This document shows, piece by piece, positions 1-10,427 of a DNA stretch of 64,000 nt. Position numbers and translations under genes: made by a program. A model generated the notes under the pieces. It was not told the origin of the DNA and did no database searches. It worked only from the letters and a program-made list of their open reading frames with translations. This stretch comes from an uncultured Planctomycetia bacterium (GTDB lineage Bacteria > 4484-113 > JAGGVC01): assembly GCA_964388445.1 (NCBI GenBank), contig CAYMAI010000009.1, forward strand, positions 32,807-96,806, read 5' to 3'. Every line of letters starts with the position of its first letter. Within the stretch, counting starts at the first letter, position 1.

Positions 1-2
1 GC

Positions 3-224
<222 letters not shown>

Positions 225-309
225 TTGGTCTTGCGCTTGCCGCCGATTAATCGCCGATATTCGCGCAAAGTAAGCGAGATGCGCCACGCTTGCGATAAAA
301 TAGCCCGTC

Positions 310-1596
310 ATGCCTCAAAACCATTCTTTCGATTCGGCCGAAGCGGCGGTGCTCGCGAAGATAATGCCGCTCGGCGGCGAGATGATGCCGCTCAGGTGGT
401 GCTTTTTCAAGTATCTCTCCGCCGACCTTTATGCGGCCGGGCCGCTTCCGCCGTTTTCGCTGGTTACTACCGACGGTTTCGCGGTGGCGTCGCGCGAGCT
501 TGAAAAAGCCTCGCCGGAGCAGCCCGTCAAGCTGGAAATTATCGAATCGGTAACGGCGGGCCAGGCGCAGTCGAAAAGACTTAACGACAAATCCTGCAGC
601 TTCGTTGAAAGCGGATCGCCGGTGCCGAGAGGAGCGGACGCGGTCGTCGATGAATCGGCGGCAAAGCGCGTCCTCGAATTCGCTGAGTTCGCGTCGCCGG
701 TGAGGAAGGGAACGGGCGTCCAGATGGAAGGCTCAGTCGTACGGCAAGGCGACCTCGTGATGCGAAAGGGAGATTACCTTACTCCTGCTCGCGTTGGCAT
801 TCTCGCCGCTCTCGGCAATTCGGAAGCCGCCGTTTGCCGGCCGCCGGTTATCGGAATCATAAGTACGGGCAGCGAGCTTGCCGCGTTCGACGAGCAAATG
901 CCCCGCCCGGCCCAACTTCGCGATTCTAACACTCAAATGCTCGCCGCGAAACTCGCCGAAATGCGGCTGCCGAATATGGTTCTCGGCGTCGTTCCTGACA
1001 GCAGAAACGCTCTCGTGGAAGAAATAATGCAAGTCGTTCATCAGGTGGACGGCCTTATCGTCACTGGCGGCAAGGTGAAGGGCCGCCGCCAATTTTTGGA
1101 GGAAACCGTACAGTCGTCCGGCGAGTTAATCATATCCGGCGTGGATATGATGCCGGGCGGAAGTTTCAGTTTCGGGCTGTTCCAAGGCAAGCCGCTTTTC
1201 GCGCTTCCCGGCTCTCCGGCGGATGCGCTGCTAACTTTCGATTTGCTCGTCAAACCGGCGATTCTGAAAATGATGGGCGCACGCGATTACCGTCAGGTTT
1301 CGCGTCAAGGCGTGCTTTCGAGTCCGCTCTCCGCCGAATGTGCCTGCGACACGTTTATTTGGGCGAGGTTCGAAATGAGCGGAGACTCAAAGTTTCACGT
1401 TACGCCGCTCACGCCCGGCGCCGGCGCGACGCTTGCGGACACGATAAGGTCGAGCTGCGTCATTCGACTGCAACCCGGCGCTCATAACATGCGGGCGGGC
1501 GACCCGGTCAACTTCGTCGCGACAAGTCCGGACAGGCTTTTGACGCCGCCGCTCTTTGCCCCCGGAGCCAAGGATTCGTCCTCGAACGGCGCATAA
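310..1596 (+). CDS. moeA: Molybdopterin molybdenumtransferase MoeA-like
   Basis: 428-aa ORF with the MoeA/gephyrin pattern (PPF..S..DGFAV, PRGADAVV, ISTGSEL, DSN, TGGKV, GG.SFG). Start codon choice uncertain. Confidence 0.75.
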   Translation: MPQNHSFDSAEAAVLAKIMPLGGEMMPLRWCFFKYLSADLYAAGPLPPFSLVTTDGFAVASRELEKASPEQPVKLEIIESVTAGQAQSKRLNDKSCSFVESGSPVPRGADAVVDESAAKRVLEFAEFASPVRKGTGVQMEGSVVRQGDLVMRKGDYLTPARVGILAALGNSEAAVCRPPVIGIISTGSELAAFDEQMPRPAQLRDSNTQMLAAKLAEMRLPNMVLGVVPDSRNALVEEIMQVVHQVDGLIVTGGKVKGRRQFLEETVQSSGELIISGVDMMPGGSFSFGLFQGKPLFALPGSPADALLTFDLLVKPAILKMMGARDYRQVSRQGVLSSPLSAECACDTFIWARFEMSGDSKFHVTPLTPGAGATLADTIRSSCVIRLQPGAHNMRAGDPVNFVATSPDRLLTPPLFAPGAKDSSSNGA

Positions 1597-1733
1597 CGGC
1601 GCGTTTTCGCTGGAATTTCGGGTTTGCTCCGCCTGTTTTACGGTTTTTCACGGAATTTATGCGACAACCGCGCATATTCACGAGTAAAATATATCTGTCT
1701 TTATGTATCATTTCTATTTCAGCGGAGGCGGTC

Positions 1734-4700
1734 ATGCGCCTTGTCCACATTCCCGTTATCGTCTGTCTTTTCGCGCTTTTCGGATGTTCGTCCGGAAGCC
1801 GTACGTTCACCGGCGGCATCCCGGCGGAAAATAACGAATCGGTCAAACTGCCGAGCATCGCTTCCGCGCCGGGAGATGCGGGATTCATCCAAGTCTCGCC
1901 AGGCGCCGTGGCCGGCGAGGATTACATCCCCGGCGAAATCCTAATCGGGTTCGGCGCGGATATAAAGGCGCGTGAATTCGAAGGAGCCATAACCGGTTTC
2001 AATCCGGCGTCGGGAGCGGCGTTTGTTCCTCCGTCCAATCCGGGGCTATATCAAAACAGCACGCACGCGGCGTTCGCGCGTTTTCTCGCGGCGGAATTCA
2101 ATATGAGCGTCATTCCGAATTCGGAAGCGTACGTCGAAGAATTGAATTTTTGCACGTACAGGCTTGCGGGCGGGGAATCGGCGGAGGAAACCGCAAGGAA
2201 AATCAGGCTCAAGTATCCGTCCGAAGTCAAGTATATTCAGTACAACCAAATTTTCAGGCCGATGTTTGAACCGGACGACCCGGAGTATTTGAACGGAAAC
2301 CTATGGGCGATGCCGAAAATCGAAGCGAACGTGGCGTGGGACACGACCGCCGGTGCGGGTGCGACGGTCGCGGTAATCGACAGCGGAATACGCGAAACGC
2401 ACGAAGACCTTAACTGGATTCAGCCGCCGGGTTACATTCTCGACCTAGTGAACAACGACACGATTCCGGACGACGAAAACGGCCACGGCACTCACGTCTG
2501 CGGCACGGTCGGCGCAATCGGCAATAACGGAAAGGGCGTCATCGGCGTCGCTTACGAATGCGACATTATTCCGATTAAAGCGCTGGGTTCGCAAGGCTAC
2601 GCCACATCCGGCAGCGTGGCGACCGGAATCACTCTGGCGCGAATTCTCGAAGCGGATGTAATAAATCTAAGCCTCGGCTCGTATTCCGCGGACAGGGCGA
2701 CGTTCGAAGCGTCGGTGAACGCGTGGAACGCGGGTCTAGTCATTATCGCCGCCGCCGGCAACGACAGCACGTCGAATTACTTTTTATATCCGGGATCGCA
2801 TCCGCACGTAATAAACGTCGGCGCGACAACGAGCAACGATAACCGCGCAAGCTATTCTAATCGCGGAAGAACGCTTGACATCGCGGCGCCGGGCGGCGGT
2901 ACGTTCGGCACCGGAAGAATTCGCAGCACTTCGTTCGGCGGATTCACGGGATACACGTGGATGAACGGCACCAGTATGGCGAGTCCGCACGCCGCGGGCG
3001 CCGCCGCATTGATACTCGCGAACGACCCTACGCTTACGAACAACGAAGTTCGCGGACTTCTCGAAGGCGCGGGCGACGACGTTCTTAACCAAACGGACTG
3101 GCGCGTTTTAACCAAAATCCTGCGGCTCAATCCAGCGAAATCGCTTTCCGCATCCGTAACGGATTTTCCCGAAGTGAACATTACGAGCCACACCGACGGC
3201 GACGCGGAATCGGGCAACTTTACGCTTTCCGCGAGCGTGACCGCGCCGAACGGCGGCGAGAAAATGCGCTGGTACATCGACGGCGAATACATCGGCCATT
3301 CGACCGACGCGCCATGGGAGCGTGCGATAAACGTCGTGGGAATGATACCCGGAGTGCACACTTTCACCGCGGAAGTTATCGACGCGGCGAATCTGCATGG
3401 TTATTCGTCCGTGGAAATCAACATCGCGCTTCCGTCGATGGATACGCCGTATTGGACTACCGTACAGGATCCGCCGTTTACGGACGAATGGAACGCGCTC
3501 GACTATGCCGGCGCATCGAGGTGGCAGGAAGTTGAAAAAACGCCGGGCGAAAAAATGCTCTATTTCGGCGACCCCGACAAATCCGGCGGGCCGGGATATT
3601 ATAACGACGACACCGACGCGCTTCTTTCTCCGAACTTCAATCTCGCGGGCTTAACTTCGCCGTTTTTCAAATTCGAAATGGCGTTCGAGCTTGGCGCCTA
3701 CATGATTATGACTCTGCGGGTTATCGACAGCTCCGGCAAAGACGACATAATCGGATACATCGGCACTTCGAGCGGCACGATCAGAAATCCAAACTGGCCA
3801 AATCTGTCGAAGTACGAAATCAACCTAAGCGCGTATCAGGGGAACGTGGCGCGCGTCGAGTTTTGGATGCAGCGCTATTCGCAAAGCGTCGGGCTCGGCG
3901 AGGGCGTGTACATCGACAACGTTCTCGTTTCTGAAACTTCCGCGCAGCCGATTGTGCAATTGGTTTCGCCCGACAGAAATTCTGTTATATACGGCGAAAA
4001 GGAAATCGTTACGAACATAACGGACGACAAGGGCATCGTTATAAAGGCGGAACTGGTGGAGACCGTGTCGGGCGACGTGCTTCAGACCCTGACGAACGAG
4101 CCGTTCACGTTCACGCTCGACACCACGGCCTATCCAGACGGGCTGCGCGAGTTTCACATCGTCGCTTACGACGAAATTTCGTATATGGGATTTTTCACGC
4201 CGACGGCGGTCTCGATGTTCCAAGTAATACACAATACCCCCGTCGTGATAGACGAATTCGCGCCGGTTTACGGCACGGTCGCGACGCCGGTAACGCTTAG
4301 CGGAAGCGGGTTCGGCGATTTTTACGCGGGCGGTATCGGGCCGACGGCGTACAGACATTCGTTCCTGTTTTTCACGGGCGAAGACGGGCTTGTCGAAGCC
4401 GAAGTGTCCGAAGAAACCTGGACGCAATCCTCGATTACGGCGGCGGTGCCGGATGGCGCGATAACCGGCCCGATTTACGTCGTCATCGGCGACATCGAAA
4501 CGCCGACTCCGGGCGATTTCGCGGTGGGCGAAGTGGCGGGATTCGCGTTCGTCGAACCCGCCGGCGGCGCGCTAATGCCGATGAACGGCTCTCTGAATTT
4601 CAAACTCACGCCCCAACCGTTCGCGTCCGCGGTCAGCCTCGCCTGTTTGGACGAGTCCGGCAACGCGCTGGGGATTCCATTCCCGAAAATCACTTCTTTC

Positions 4701-5009
4701 GACGACATACAGTTTCTGCTCGGCACGATTCCGTTTCCGAAAAACGGAAAATACACGCTCAAAGCGACGGCGTTCGCCTCATCCGGCGACCTGATAGCCG
4801 AAGTCGATTTTTGGGTGGAGAAACTTCGCGGCGATTTCAACGGCGACAGATTCGTGACGATGGCGGACCTCGATTTCCTACGCGCGCGGCTTTGGAAAAC
4901 GCCCGCCGACCCCGAATGGATTCCATATCTCGACGTTGACCGAAACGGAATAATCGACGAAGGCGACGCTACAGCCGTCGGATATTTTTACCTTCTCTCG
5001 TCCGGCTAG
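1734..5009 (+). CDS. Subtilisin-like serine protease (peptidase S8) lipoprotein with long C-terminal extension ending in a dockerin-like module
   Basis: Signal peptide with lipobox (LFALFGCSS) after GGAGG RBS. D/H/S catalytic triad motifs present (AVIDSGI, HGTHVCGTVGA, GTSMASPHAAGAAAL). C-terminal DFNGDRFVTMADLDFL...DVDRNGIIDEGDATAV resembles paired Ca-binding dockerin repeats. ORF track start 1659 is probably upstream of the true ATG at 1734. Confidence 0.85.
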   Translation: MRLVHIPVIVCLFALFGCSSGSRTFTGGIPAENNESVKLPSIASAPGDAGFIQVSPGAVAGEDYIPGEILIGFGADIKAREFEGAITGFNPASGAAFVPPSNPGLYQNSTHAAFARFLAAEFNMSVIPNSEAYVEELNFCTYRLAGGESAEETARKIRLKYPSEVKYIQYNQIFRPMFEPDDPEYLNGNLWAMPKIEANVAWDTTAGAGATVAVIDSGIRETHEDLNWIQPPGYILDLVNNDTIPDDENGHGTHVCGTVGAIGNNGKGVIGVAYECDIIPIKALGSQGYATSGSVATGITLARILEADVINLSLGSYSADRATFEASVNAWNAGLVIIAAAGNDSTSNYFLYPGSHPHVINVGATTSNDNRASYSNRGRTLDIAAPGGGTFGTGRIRSTSFGGFTGYTWMNGTSMASPHAAGAAALILANDPTLTNNEVRGLLEGAGDDVLNQTDWRVLTKILRLNPAKSLSASVTDFPEVNITSHTDGDAESGNFTLSASVTAPNGGEKMRWYIDGEYIGHSTDAPWERAINVVGMIPGVHTFTAEVIDAANLHGYSSVEINIALPSMDTPYWTTVQDPPFTDEWNALDYAGASRWQEVEKTPGEKMLYFGDPDKSGGPGYYNDDTDALLSPNFNLAGLTSPFFKFEMAFELGAYMIMTLRVIDSSGKDDIIGYIGTSSGTIRNPNWPNLSKYEINLSAYQGNVARVEFWMQRYSQSVGLGEGVYIDNVLVSETSAQPIVQLVSPDRNSVIYGEKEIVTNITDDKGIVIKAELVETVSGDVLQTLTNEPFTFTLDTTAYPDGLREFHIVAYDEISYMGFFTPTAVSMFQVIHNTPVVIDEFAPVYGTVATPVTLSGSGFGDFYAGGIGPTAYRHSFLFFTGEDGLVEAEVSEETWTQSSITAAVPDGAITGPIYVVIGDIETPTPGDFAVGEVAGFAFVEPAGGALMPMNGSLNFKLTPQPFASAVSLACLDESGNALGIPFPKITSFDDIQFLLGTIPFPKNGKYTLKATAFASSGDLIAEVDFWVEKLRGDFNGDRFVTMADLDFLRARLWKTPADPEWIPYLDVDRNGIIDEGDATAVGYFYLLSSG

Positions 5010-6502
5010 GCTTCGCTTTCGCTCTTTGCGCCGTCTTCTTCCGGAATCCAACGGGGAACCAGATTGCGCGCCGCGCCGGTTTCGTCCGGATTCACGATTT
5101 GCAGTTTCGAGCCGTCCAGCTTTTTGAATCCGTCCGGGTCTTTCTTGATTTCCTCCGCGAACCTAAGCATTACGCCGCAGAAATTGTCCAGCGTTTCCTT
5201 GCTTTCGGTTTCCGTCGGCTCTATCATCATCGCCTCGTGGACGATTAGCGGAAAATATGTCGTCGGCGCGTGAATTCCGTTTTCGAGAAGTTTCTTGGCG
5301 ATTATTTTCGCCGTCACTCCGTAATCGCGTTTGAAGTTGTCCGCGCTGGCCACGAATTCGTGCATACAGTGTGAGAGAAATGGAATTTCGAATTCGCCCT
5401 TTAGCCGCGCCTGAATGTAGTTTGCGTTGATAATCGCATTTTCGGATATACGCTTAAGCCCGTTTTTTCCGTGATGAACGATGTATGTATAGGCTCGGAC
5501 AAGAACGAGGAAGTTGCCCCACCACGCCTTCATTCGTCCGATGGTTTTTTCCGGCGTTTTGACCAGCGCGCCGCCTTCGCCGCTTTCGAATATCGCGCCC
5601 GGCAAATACGGCGCGAGAAACGCCTTAACGCCTATCGGGCCTGCGCCCGGCCCGCCGCCGCCGTGCGGAGTCGAAAACGTTTTGTGCGTGTTTAAGTGCA
5701 TCAAATCGAAACCCATATCGCCCATGCGAGCGATTCCGAGAAGCGCGTTAAGATTCGCGCCGTCGTAGTATAAAAGCCCGCCCGCGTCATGAATGAGTTT
5801 GGCGATTTCCAAAATGTGCGTTTCGAATAGACCCAAAGTGTTTGGATTCGTGAGCATTATTCCGGCTATTTTATCCGCGCCATGCTTTTCGATTACGGCT
5901 TTTATAGCCGCGGGATCGGTCAGCCCGTCTCCGCAACTGACGACCTCGGCCACCCGAAAACCCGCCACCGCGGCGCTCGCCGGATTCGTTCCGTGCGCGC
6001 TGTCCGGCACGATCATCACGTCGCGTTCCGGCTGGCCGATTTCGTCGAAATACTTGCGGAAAACCAGCATTCCGGAATATTCGCCTTGCGCGCCGGCCGC
6101 GGGCTGAAGCGCGAACTCGTCCATGCCGGTGATTTCGCAAAGCCACGCGGACAAATCGGCGAGCATTTCCACCGCTCCCGGTACTGTCTCAACGGGCTGG
6201 GATGGATGTATCTGCGAAAATCCCGCCGCCGCCGCCGCCGCGTCGGTAAGCCGGGGATTGTATTTCATCGTGCAACTGCCGAGCGGATAAAACCCGCTGT
6301 CCACGCCGAACGTGCGCTGAGACAAGCGCGTATAGTGGCGCACCACGTCTAGGTGCGATACTTCCGGCATCGCAAGCTCATGAGCCAGCGCAAATTCCGC
6401 GTCCGCCTTGAACTCCGCTTCGAAATCTCTCGCCGGAAATTTGACGCCGCGGCGGCCGGGTACGCTTTCCTCGAAAATCAATTTGTCTTTTACGTGGGTC
6501 AT
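5006..6502 (-). CDS. gcvPB: Glycine dehydrogenase (decarboxylating) subunit 2
   Basis: 498 aa with PLP-lysine region HLNTHKTFSTPHGGGGPG typical of GcvPB. 4-nt overlap with gcvPA. Confidence 0.95.
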   Translation of the reverse strand: MTHVKDKLIFEESVPGRRGVKFPARDFEAEFKADAEFALAHELAMPEVSHLDVVRHYTRLSQRTFGVDSGFYPLGSCTMKYNPRLTDAAAAAAGFSQIHPSQPVETVPGAVEMLADLSAWLCEITGMDEFALQPAAGAQGEYSGMLVFRKYFDEIGQPERDVMIVPDSAHGTNPASAAVAGFRVAEVVSCGDGLTDPAAIKAVIEKHGADKIAGIMLTNPNTLGLFETHILEIAKLIHDAGGLLYYDGANLNALLGIARMGDMGFDLMHLNTHKTFSTPHGGGGPGAGPIGVKAFLAPYLPGAIFESGEGGALVKTPEKTIGRMKAWWGNFLVLVRAYTYIVHHGKNGLKRISENAIINANYIQARLKGEFEIPFLSHCMHEFVASADNFKRDYGVTAKIIAKKLLENGIHAPTTYFPLIVHEAMMIEPTETESKETLDNFCGVMLRFAEEIKKDPDGFKKLDGSKLQIVNPDETGAARNLVPRWIPEEDGAKSESEA

Positions 6503-7860
6503 TTAGCCACCTCTTCGGCTATCGCCGCCGCGAATTCGTCCAAATCTTCCTTTTTGTGCTGTTCGGTCGTGGCGATTAGCCACATGTTCGCTGCGCCGCC
6601 GAAATCGGACAGCCGGATTCCGGGCAGAAATCCTCTTGCTACGAGTCTGTCGAAAACCGAAGCGCAATCTTTGCAGTCGAGCTTTATCGTGAATTCGTTG
6701 AAAAACTCCGAGCCTGGATTCGCGTTCGTTATGCCGTCTATCGCGGTCAGCTTCGCTTCCAAATAGTGCGCCGCTCCGCTTTCAAGTGCGCCGACTTCCC
6801 GAAATCCTTCCTTGCCGATTGACGACAGATAAATCGTCGCGGTAAGCGCCATGAGCGCCTGATTCGTGCAAATGCTCGAATTCGCCTTGTCTCGCCGTAT
6901 ATGCTGCTCCCGCGCCTGCAAAGTCATTACGTAAGCGGTTTTGCCGGTTTCGTCAACGGTTTTGCCGATTAGCCTGCCCGGCAGGAATCTGACTAGGTCT
7001 TTCGTGCAAGAGAGAAAGCCCAGCGCAGGCCCGCCCCATCCCATCGGGATGCCGAGAGGCTGCCCCTCGCCGTACGCGATGTCCGCTCCGAAATCGCCCG
7101 GACGCTTTACATGCGCGGCGCAAAACGGGTAATAACCGATTGCGAGCAGCGTTTTATATTCGCTGCAGATTCCGGCAAGTTTAGATATTCCTTTTTCGAA
7201 ACAGCCATAGAAATTCGGTATCTCGACGGCTACGCAAGCCACGTCGCCGCCGGAAAGCAGTTCCCGCAATTTCTCCGAATCGATTTCGAAATGTTCGGAG
7301 TCTTTGTACGGCAGCGGAATACGCTCCATTTTCCAGCCGACGTTGTACGTATCGAACGTTTCGATGTGGTGCGGATGCAGGTGATTGCTGACGATTACTT
7401 TCCTGCGTTTCGTCGCGCAACGGGCGATGTTGAGCGCGTCGGCGCATGCGGATGCGCCGTCATAGCTCGACGCGTTCGAAACCGGAAGACCCGTTATTTC
7501 GGAAATGTAGGTTTGATATTCGAAAATCGTCTGCAGCAGGCCTTGGCTTACTTCCGGCTGGTACGGAGTGTACGCGGTCACGAACTCCGAGCGGGTCGAA
7601 AGCTGCGCGGAGACGGGCGGAATATAGTGGTTGTATATGCCGCCCCCCGCGAACATTTTGCCGGGCGGGAACACCGTGTTGCGGGCGGCAAGCGCGCGCA
7701 GTTTTTCAAGCGTTTCCATTTCGGAAAGGCCTTCCGGCAGCCGAAGCTCGCCGGAGCGGACATCGGCGGGAACGGCATCGAGCAGACTTTCGAAATCCGC
7801 GACTCCGATTTCGGCGAGCATCTCCTTGCGCTGTTCGCCGGTATTCGATATATAAGGCAT
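6499..7860 (-). CDS. gcvPA: Glycine dehydrogenase (decarboxylating) subunit 1
   Basis: 453 aa, GcvPA-like throughout. GGAG RBS 8 nt upstream of ATG. Confidence 0.95.
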   Translation of the reverse strand: MPYISNTGEQRKEMLAEIGVADFESLLDAVPADVRSGELRLPEGLSEMETLEKLRALAARNTVFPPGKMFAGGGIYNHYIPPVSAQLSTRSEFVTAYTPYQPEVSQGLLQTIFEYQTYISEITGLPVSNASSYDGASACADALNIARCATKRRKVIVSNHLHPHHIETFDTYNVGWKMERIPLPYKDSEHFEIDSEKLRELLSGGDVACVAVEIPNFYGCFEKGISKLAGICSEYKTLLAIGYYPFCAAHVKRPGDFGADIAYGEGQPLGIPMGWGGPALGFLSCTKDLVRFLPGRLIGKTVDETGKTAYVMTLQAREQHIRRDKANSSICTNQALMALTATIYLSSIGKEGFREVGALESGAAHYLEAKLTAIDGITNANPGSEFFNEFTIKLDCKDCASVFDRLVARGFLPGIRLSDFGGAANMWLIATTEQHKKEDLDEFAAAIAEEVAK

Positions 7861-7961
7861 GTTTACTCCAAAGAGGCTTGTCGGACGGCTGATTTTACCC
7901 TCGAAAACGGGCGCCGCAACCCATGTGACGCTTACGCCCCGTTATCACATGCGCCGCGCCT

Positions 7962-8690
7962 TTATTCCGGGCCGGACACCTCAAGTTCGCTTATGCTGAC
8001 GTCGTTCCACTTTCCGGTCGGATAAACCGATTTGATTTTTATTTTGAATTCTTCACACGTCACTGGCGGCTGAACGGGCACGGATTGTAGCGCCGGCGAA
8101 TCTTCGAATTTATGCGATACGGCGGTTCCGTCCGGAAATTCGAAATCCACTTCTTTAATCCGGTAGTTCAATTTGAAAATGTTGCCATATTTTTCATGCG
8201 TGGTTTTCGAAAAACCGGGCACGAGCGAAATCGCCGCAATCGCCGCCTCTTCGCGCAAATACACGGCGAGCCAGGCGTCCTCTCCCTCCTTGTATTCCGC
8301 GCTCCAAGCCGTTTCTTTATCTCCGTCGAGCATTTTGGACGGTTCATAGCTTCCGAACGTTGTCGGTTGGCTTTCTGCGTACGCTTCGATTCGGTCAATT
8401 CTCGGCGTGATTATTATCTCGACTCCGGGCGGGGGAATGTCTTCCGCATCGAGTCCGGAGTGTGCGGATTCGTCAATCGCCGCCGCGGCAAGCTTGAGCG
8501 AGCGCAGCTCTTCCAGTTTCGGTTTGGTATTGAAATAATAAATGACGAAAAATGCCAGAACGACGAAGAAACCCGCGCCGAAAACTATGGAAAGCGCCAA
8601 CAATGTCGTTCCGTGCGCGCCGCGTTCTTGCTCGTAGTACTCCTCTTCAAACACGTCCGCGTCTTCAACGCGCGGCTCCAATTCGCTCAT
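7962..8690 (-). CDS. Membrane-anchored protein with extracytoplasmic F5/8 type C (discoidin)-like domain
   Basis: AAGGAG RBS then ATG at 8690 (MSELEPRV). Acidic N-terminus, one TM (LLALSIVFGAGFFVVLAFFVIYYF). C-terminal region shows discoidin-like pattern (MLDGDKETAWSAE...AWLAVYL...ISLVPG). Longer ORF start 8744 would overlap cdsA. Confidence 0.6.
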   Translation of the reverse strand: MSELEPRVEDADVFEEEYYEQERGAHGTTLLALSIVFGAGFFVVLAFFVIYYFNTKPKLEELRSLKLAAAAIDESAHSGLDAEDIPPPGVEIIITPRIDRIEAYAESQPTTFGSYEPSKMLDGDKETAWSAEYKEGEDAWLAVYLREEAAIAAISLVPGFSKTTHEKYGNIFKLNYRIKEVDFEFPDGTAVSHKFEDSPALQSVPVQPPVTCEEFKIKIKSVYPTGKWNDVSISELEVSGPE

Positions 8691-8706
8691 CGGAAACTCC
8701 TTTCGA

Positions 8707-9588
8707 TTACCGGCTGACGAAGCCGTATATAAAAAACGCCGCAACCGCGATGCTTACCGGAAGAAAACTGTCCAGCTTGTCCAAAACGCCGCCGTGTTCC
8801 GGAATGAACTTTCCGCTTTCTTTCCGCTCGCTCCTTCGCTTTATCACCGACATCATCAAGTCGCCCAAATGGCCGAATCCGGCGATAAACGCTCCCATAA
8901 ACGCATAGCCCAATAGCTGGACCGTATCCGGGCGGGCATCCAAGGGCGCGATTATATAAAAAAACCACGGCGTGGCGAATGCCGCGGCGAGCATTCCGCC
9001 GAAAAGCCCTTCCTTCGTTTTTTTCGGGCTCACTTTCGGCGCAAGCGGCGTTTTACCGAAAAGCCTTCCCGTGAAAAACGCCCCGGCGTCCATTCCCCAA
9101 GACAAAATGCAAACCAAAAACCAAAGATAATCGCCGCCAAGCGCATAAACCATCGCGAAAGACGCCATTCCGGCGAACAAGTATCCGAAGCCGAAATAGA
9201 CGTAAAGCGCCTGCTGAAGCGAAAAGCCGCCGTCCGGGTAATTCGAAACGGTAAGGTATGCCGCCGCGAAAAAAACGAGCATATACGCCAACGTCGCGGT
9301 GAAAATGAAAAACGCCGCCGCGGCGAACGCGTCCTCCGACCTGGGCGCGAAAATCGCCAGCTGTACGATGCAGGTAACGAACGCGGCCGCGAAAACGAAC
9401 TTGAGCGCGCTCGATATGTGCTTTTCCGCTTGAGGATTCATCAATCCGATAAACTCGGACGACGCAAAGACGAAAACCGCCGCAATAAGCGCAAGGCCGA
9501 TGTACGTGCCGGCCATCAGCGCCGATATTGCGAGCACGCCGGCAACGATACCGATGGCGATTCTGCTCACGAAACCAGTATAGCGCAC
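8707..9588 (-). CDS. cdsA: Phosphatidate cytidylyltransferase
   Basis: Multi-TM protein with CdsA signature near C-terminus (HGGVLDKLDSFL). Sits in conserved uppS-cdsA context. Confidence 0.9.
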   Translation of the reverse strand: MRYTGFVSRIAIGIVAGVLAISALMAGTYIGLALIAAVFVFASSEFIGLMNPQAEKHISSALKFVFAAAFVTCIVQLAIFAPRSEDAFAAAAFFIFTATLAYMLVFFAAAYLTVSNYPDGGFSLQQALYVYFGFGYLFAGMASFAMVYALGGDYLWFLVCILSWGMDAGAFFTGRLFGKTPLAPKVSPKKTKEGLFGGMLAAAFATPWFFYIIAPLDARPDTVQLLGYAFMGAFIAGFGHLGDLMMSVIKRRSERKESGKFIPEHGGVLDKLDSFLPVSIAVAAFFIYGFVSR

Positions 9589-9617
9589 GGCCGCGATAAC
9601 TTTTCCGCTTTCGGCAA

Positions 9618-10394
9618 TCAGGAATCAACCTTGCCGAACCTGCGTTCGCGCGACTGATAATCGAGAATCGCCTGCACGTATTCCCGTTTGGAAAACTCGG
9701 GCCAAAGCGAATTCGTGAACCACATTTCCGTGTAAGCGCTTTGCCAAAGCAGAAAATTCGAAATTCTGTATTCGCCGCTAGTCCTGATCAAAAGGTCGGG
9801 GTAGGGCAGGTCGGGATGATAGAGAAACTTTCGGAAAAATTCCTCCGACAGCTCTTCAACCTTTAGTTTTCCGTCTTCGAGCGCGGTCGCGATGCGCTTT
9901 ACGGCGTCGATTATTTCCTGCCGGCCGCTGTAATTGACCGCTATGTTTAGAACAAGGCCGGTGTTGTCTTTCATCAGCTCGACGGCGTCATCGAACCGGC
10001 TTCTAAGCCCGTCCGGAAGTATGGACAAATCGCCGGAAATAATCAGCCGGATTTTTTTCTCGTTTAGCTTTGCCGCTTCGGCGACGAGAATTTCCTCGAA
10101 CAGCCCGAACAGAGAACTGACCTCGCTGAGCGGACGAAAAATATTGTCGGTCGAAAACGCGAACAACGACAAATGCTTCACGCCGAGGTCGAGGCTCGTT
10201 TCCACTACCGTCCTGACGGTTTCCACGCCTTCGCGGTGGCCGATTACGCGCGAAAAGCCGTACTTTTTGCCCCACCTGCCGTTTCCGTCCATAATGATGG
10301 CGATGTGCCTCGGCAGGTTTTCCCTGTCCACGAGTTCGTAAAGGTTGATGTCTTCAAGGGATAAACTCCCCCGATCGTAAGCCAAATTTTCCAA
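9618..10394 (-). CDS. uppS: Isoprenyl transferase (undecaprenyl diphosphate synthase)
   Basis: HIAIIMDGNGRWGKKYGFSRVIGHREG... classic UppS motifs. Conserved frr-uppS-cdsA order. Confidence 0.95.
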   Translation of the reverse strand: MENLAYDRGSLSLEDINLYELVDRENLPRHIAIIMDGNGRWGKKYGFSRVIGHREGVETVRTVVETSLDLGVKHLSLFAFSTDNIFRPLSEVSSLFGLFEEILVAEAAKLNEKKIRLIISGDLSILPDGLRSRFDDAVELMKDNTGLVLNIAVNYSGRQEIIDAVKRIATALEDGKLKVEELSEEFFRKFLYHPDLPYPDLLIRTSGEYRISNFLLWQSAYTEMWFTNSLWPEFSKREYVQAILDYQSRERRFGKVDS

Positions 10395-10427
10395 ATAGCG
10401 CCTCCGGCACCAGCGGGCAAGCCGCGC

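Noticed and set aside
1659-1733. Upstream extension of the S8 protease ORF (MRQPRIFTSKIYL...)
   Set aside because: AT-rich promoter-like DNA. The signal peptide with lipobox begins at the ATG at 1734 after GGAGG.
7861-7961. Glycine riboswitch upstream of gcvPA
   Set aside because: The 100-nt leader lacks the conserved GGAGAG...CCGAAGG...GCAA aptamer elements. It has only a GGAG SD.
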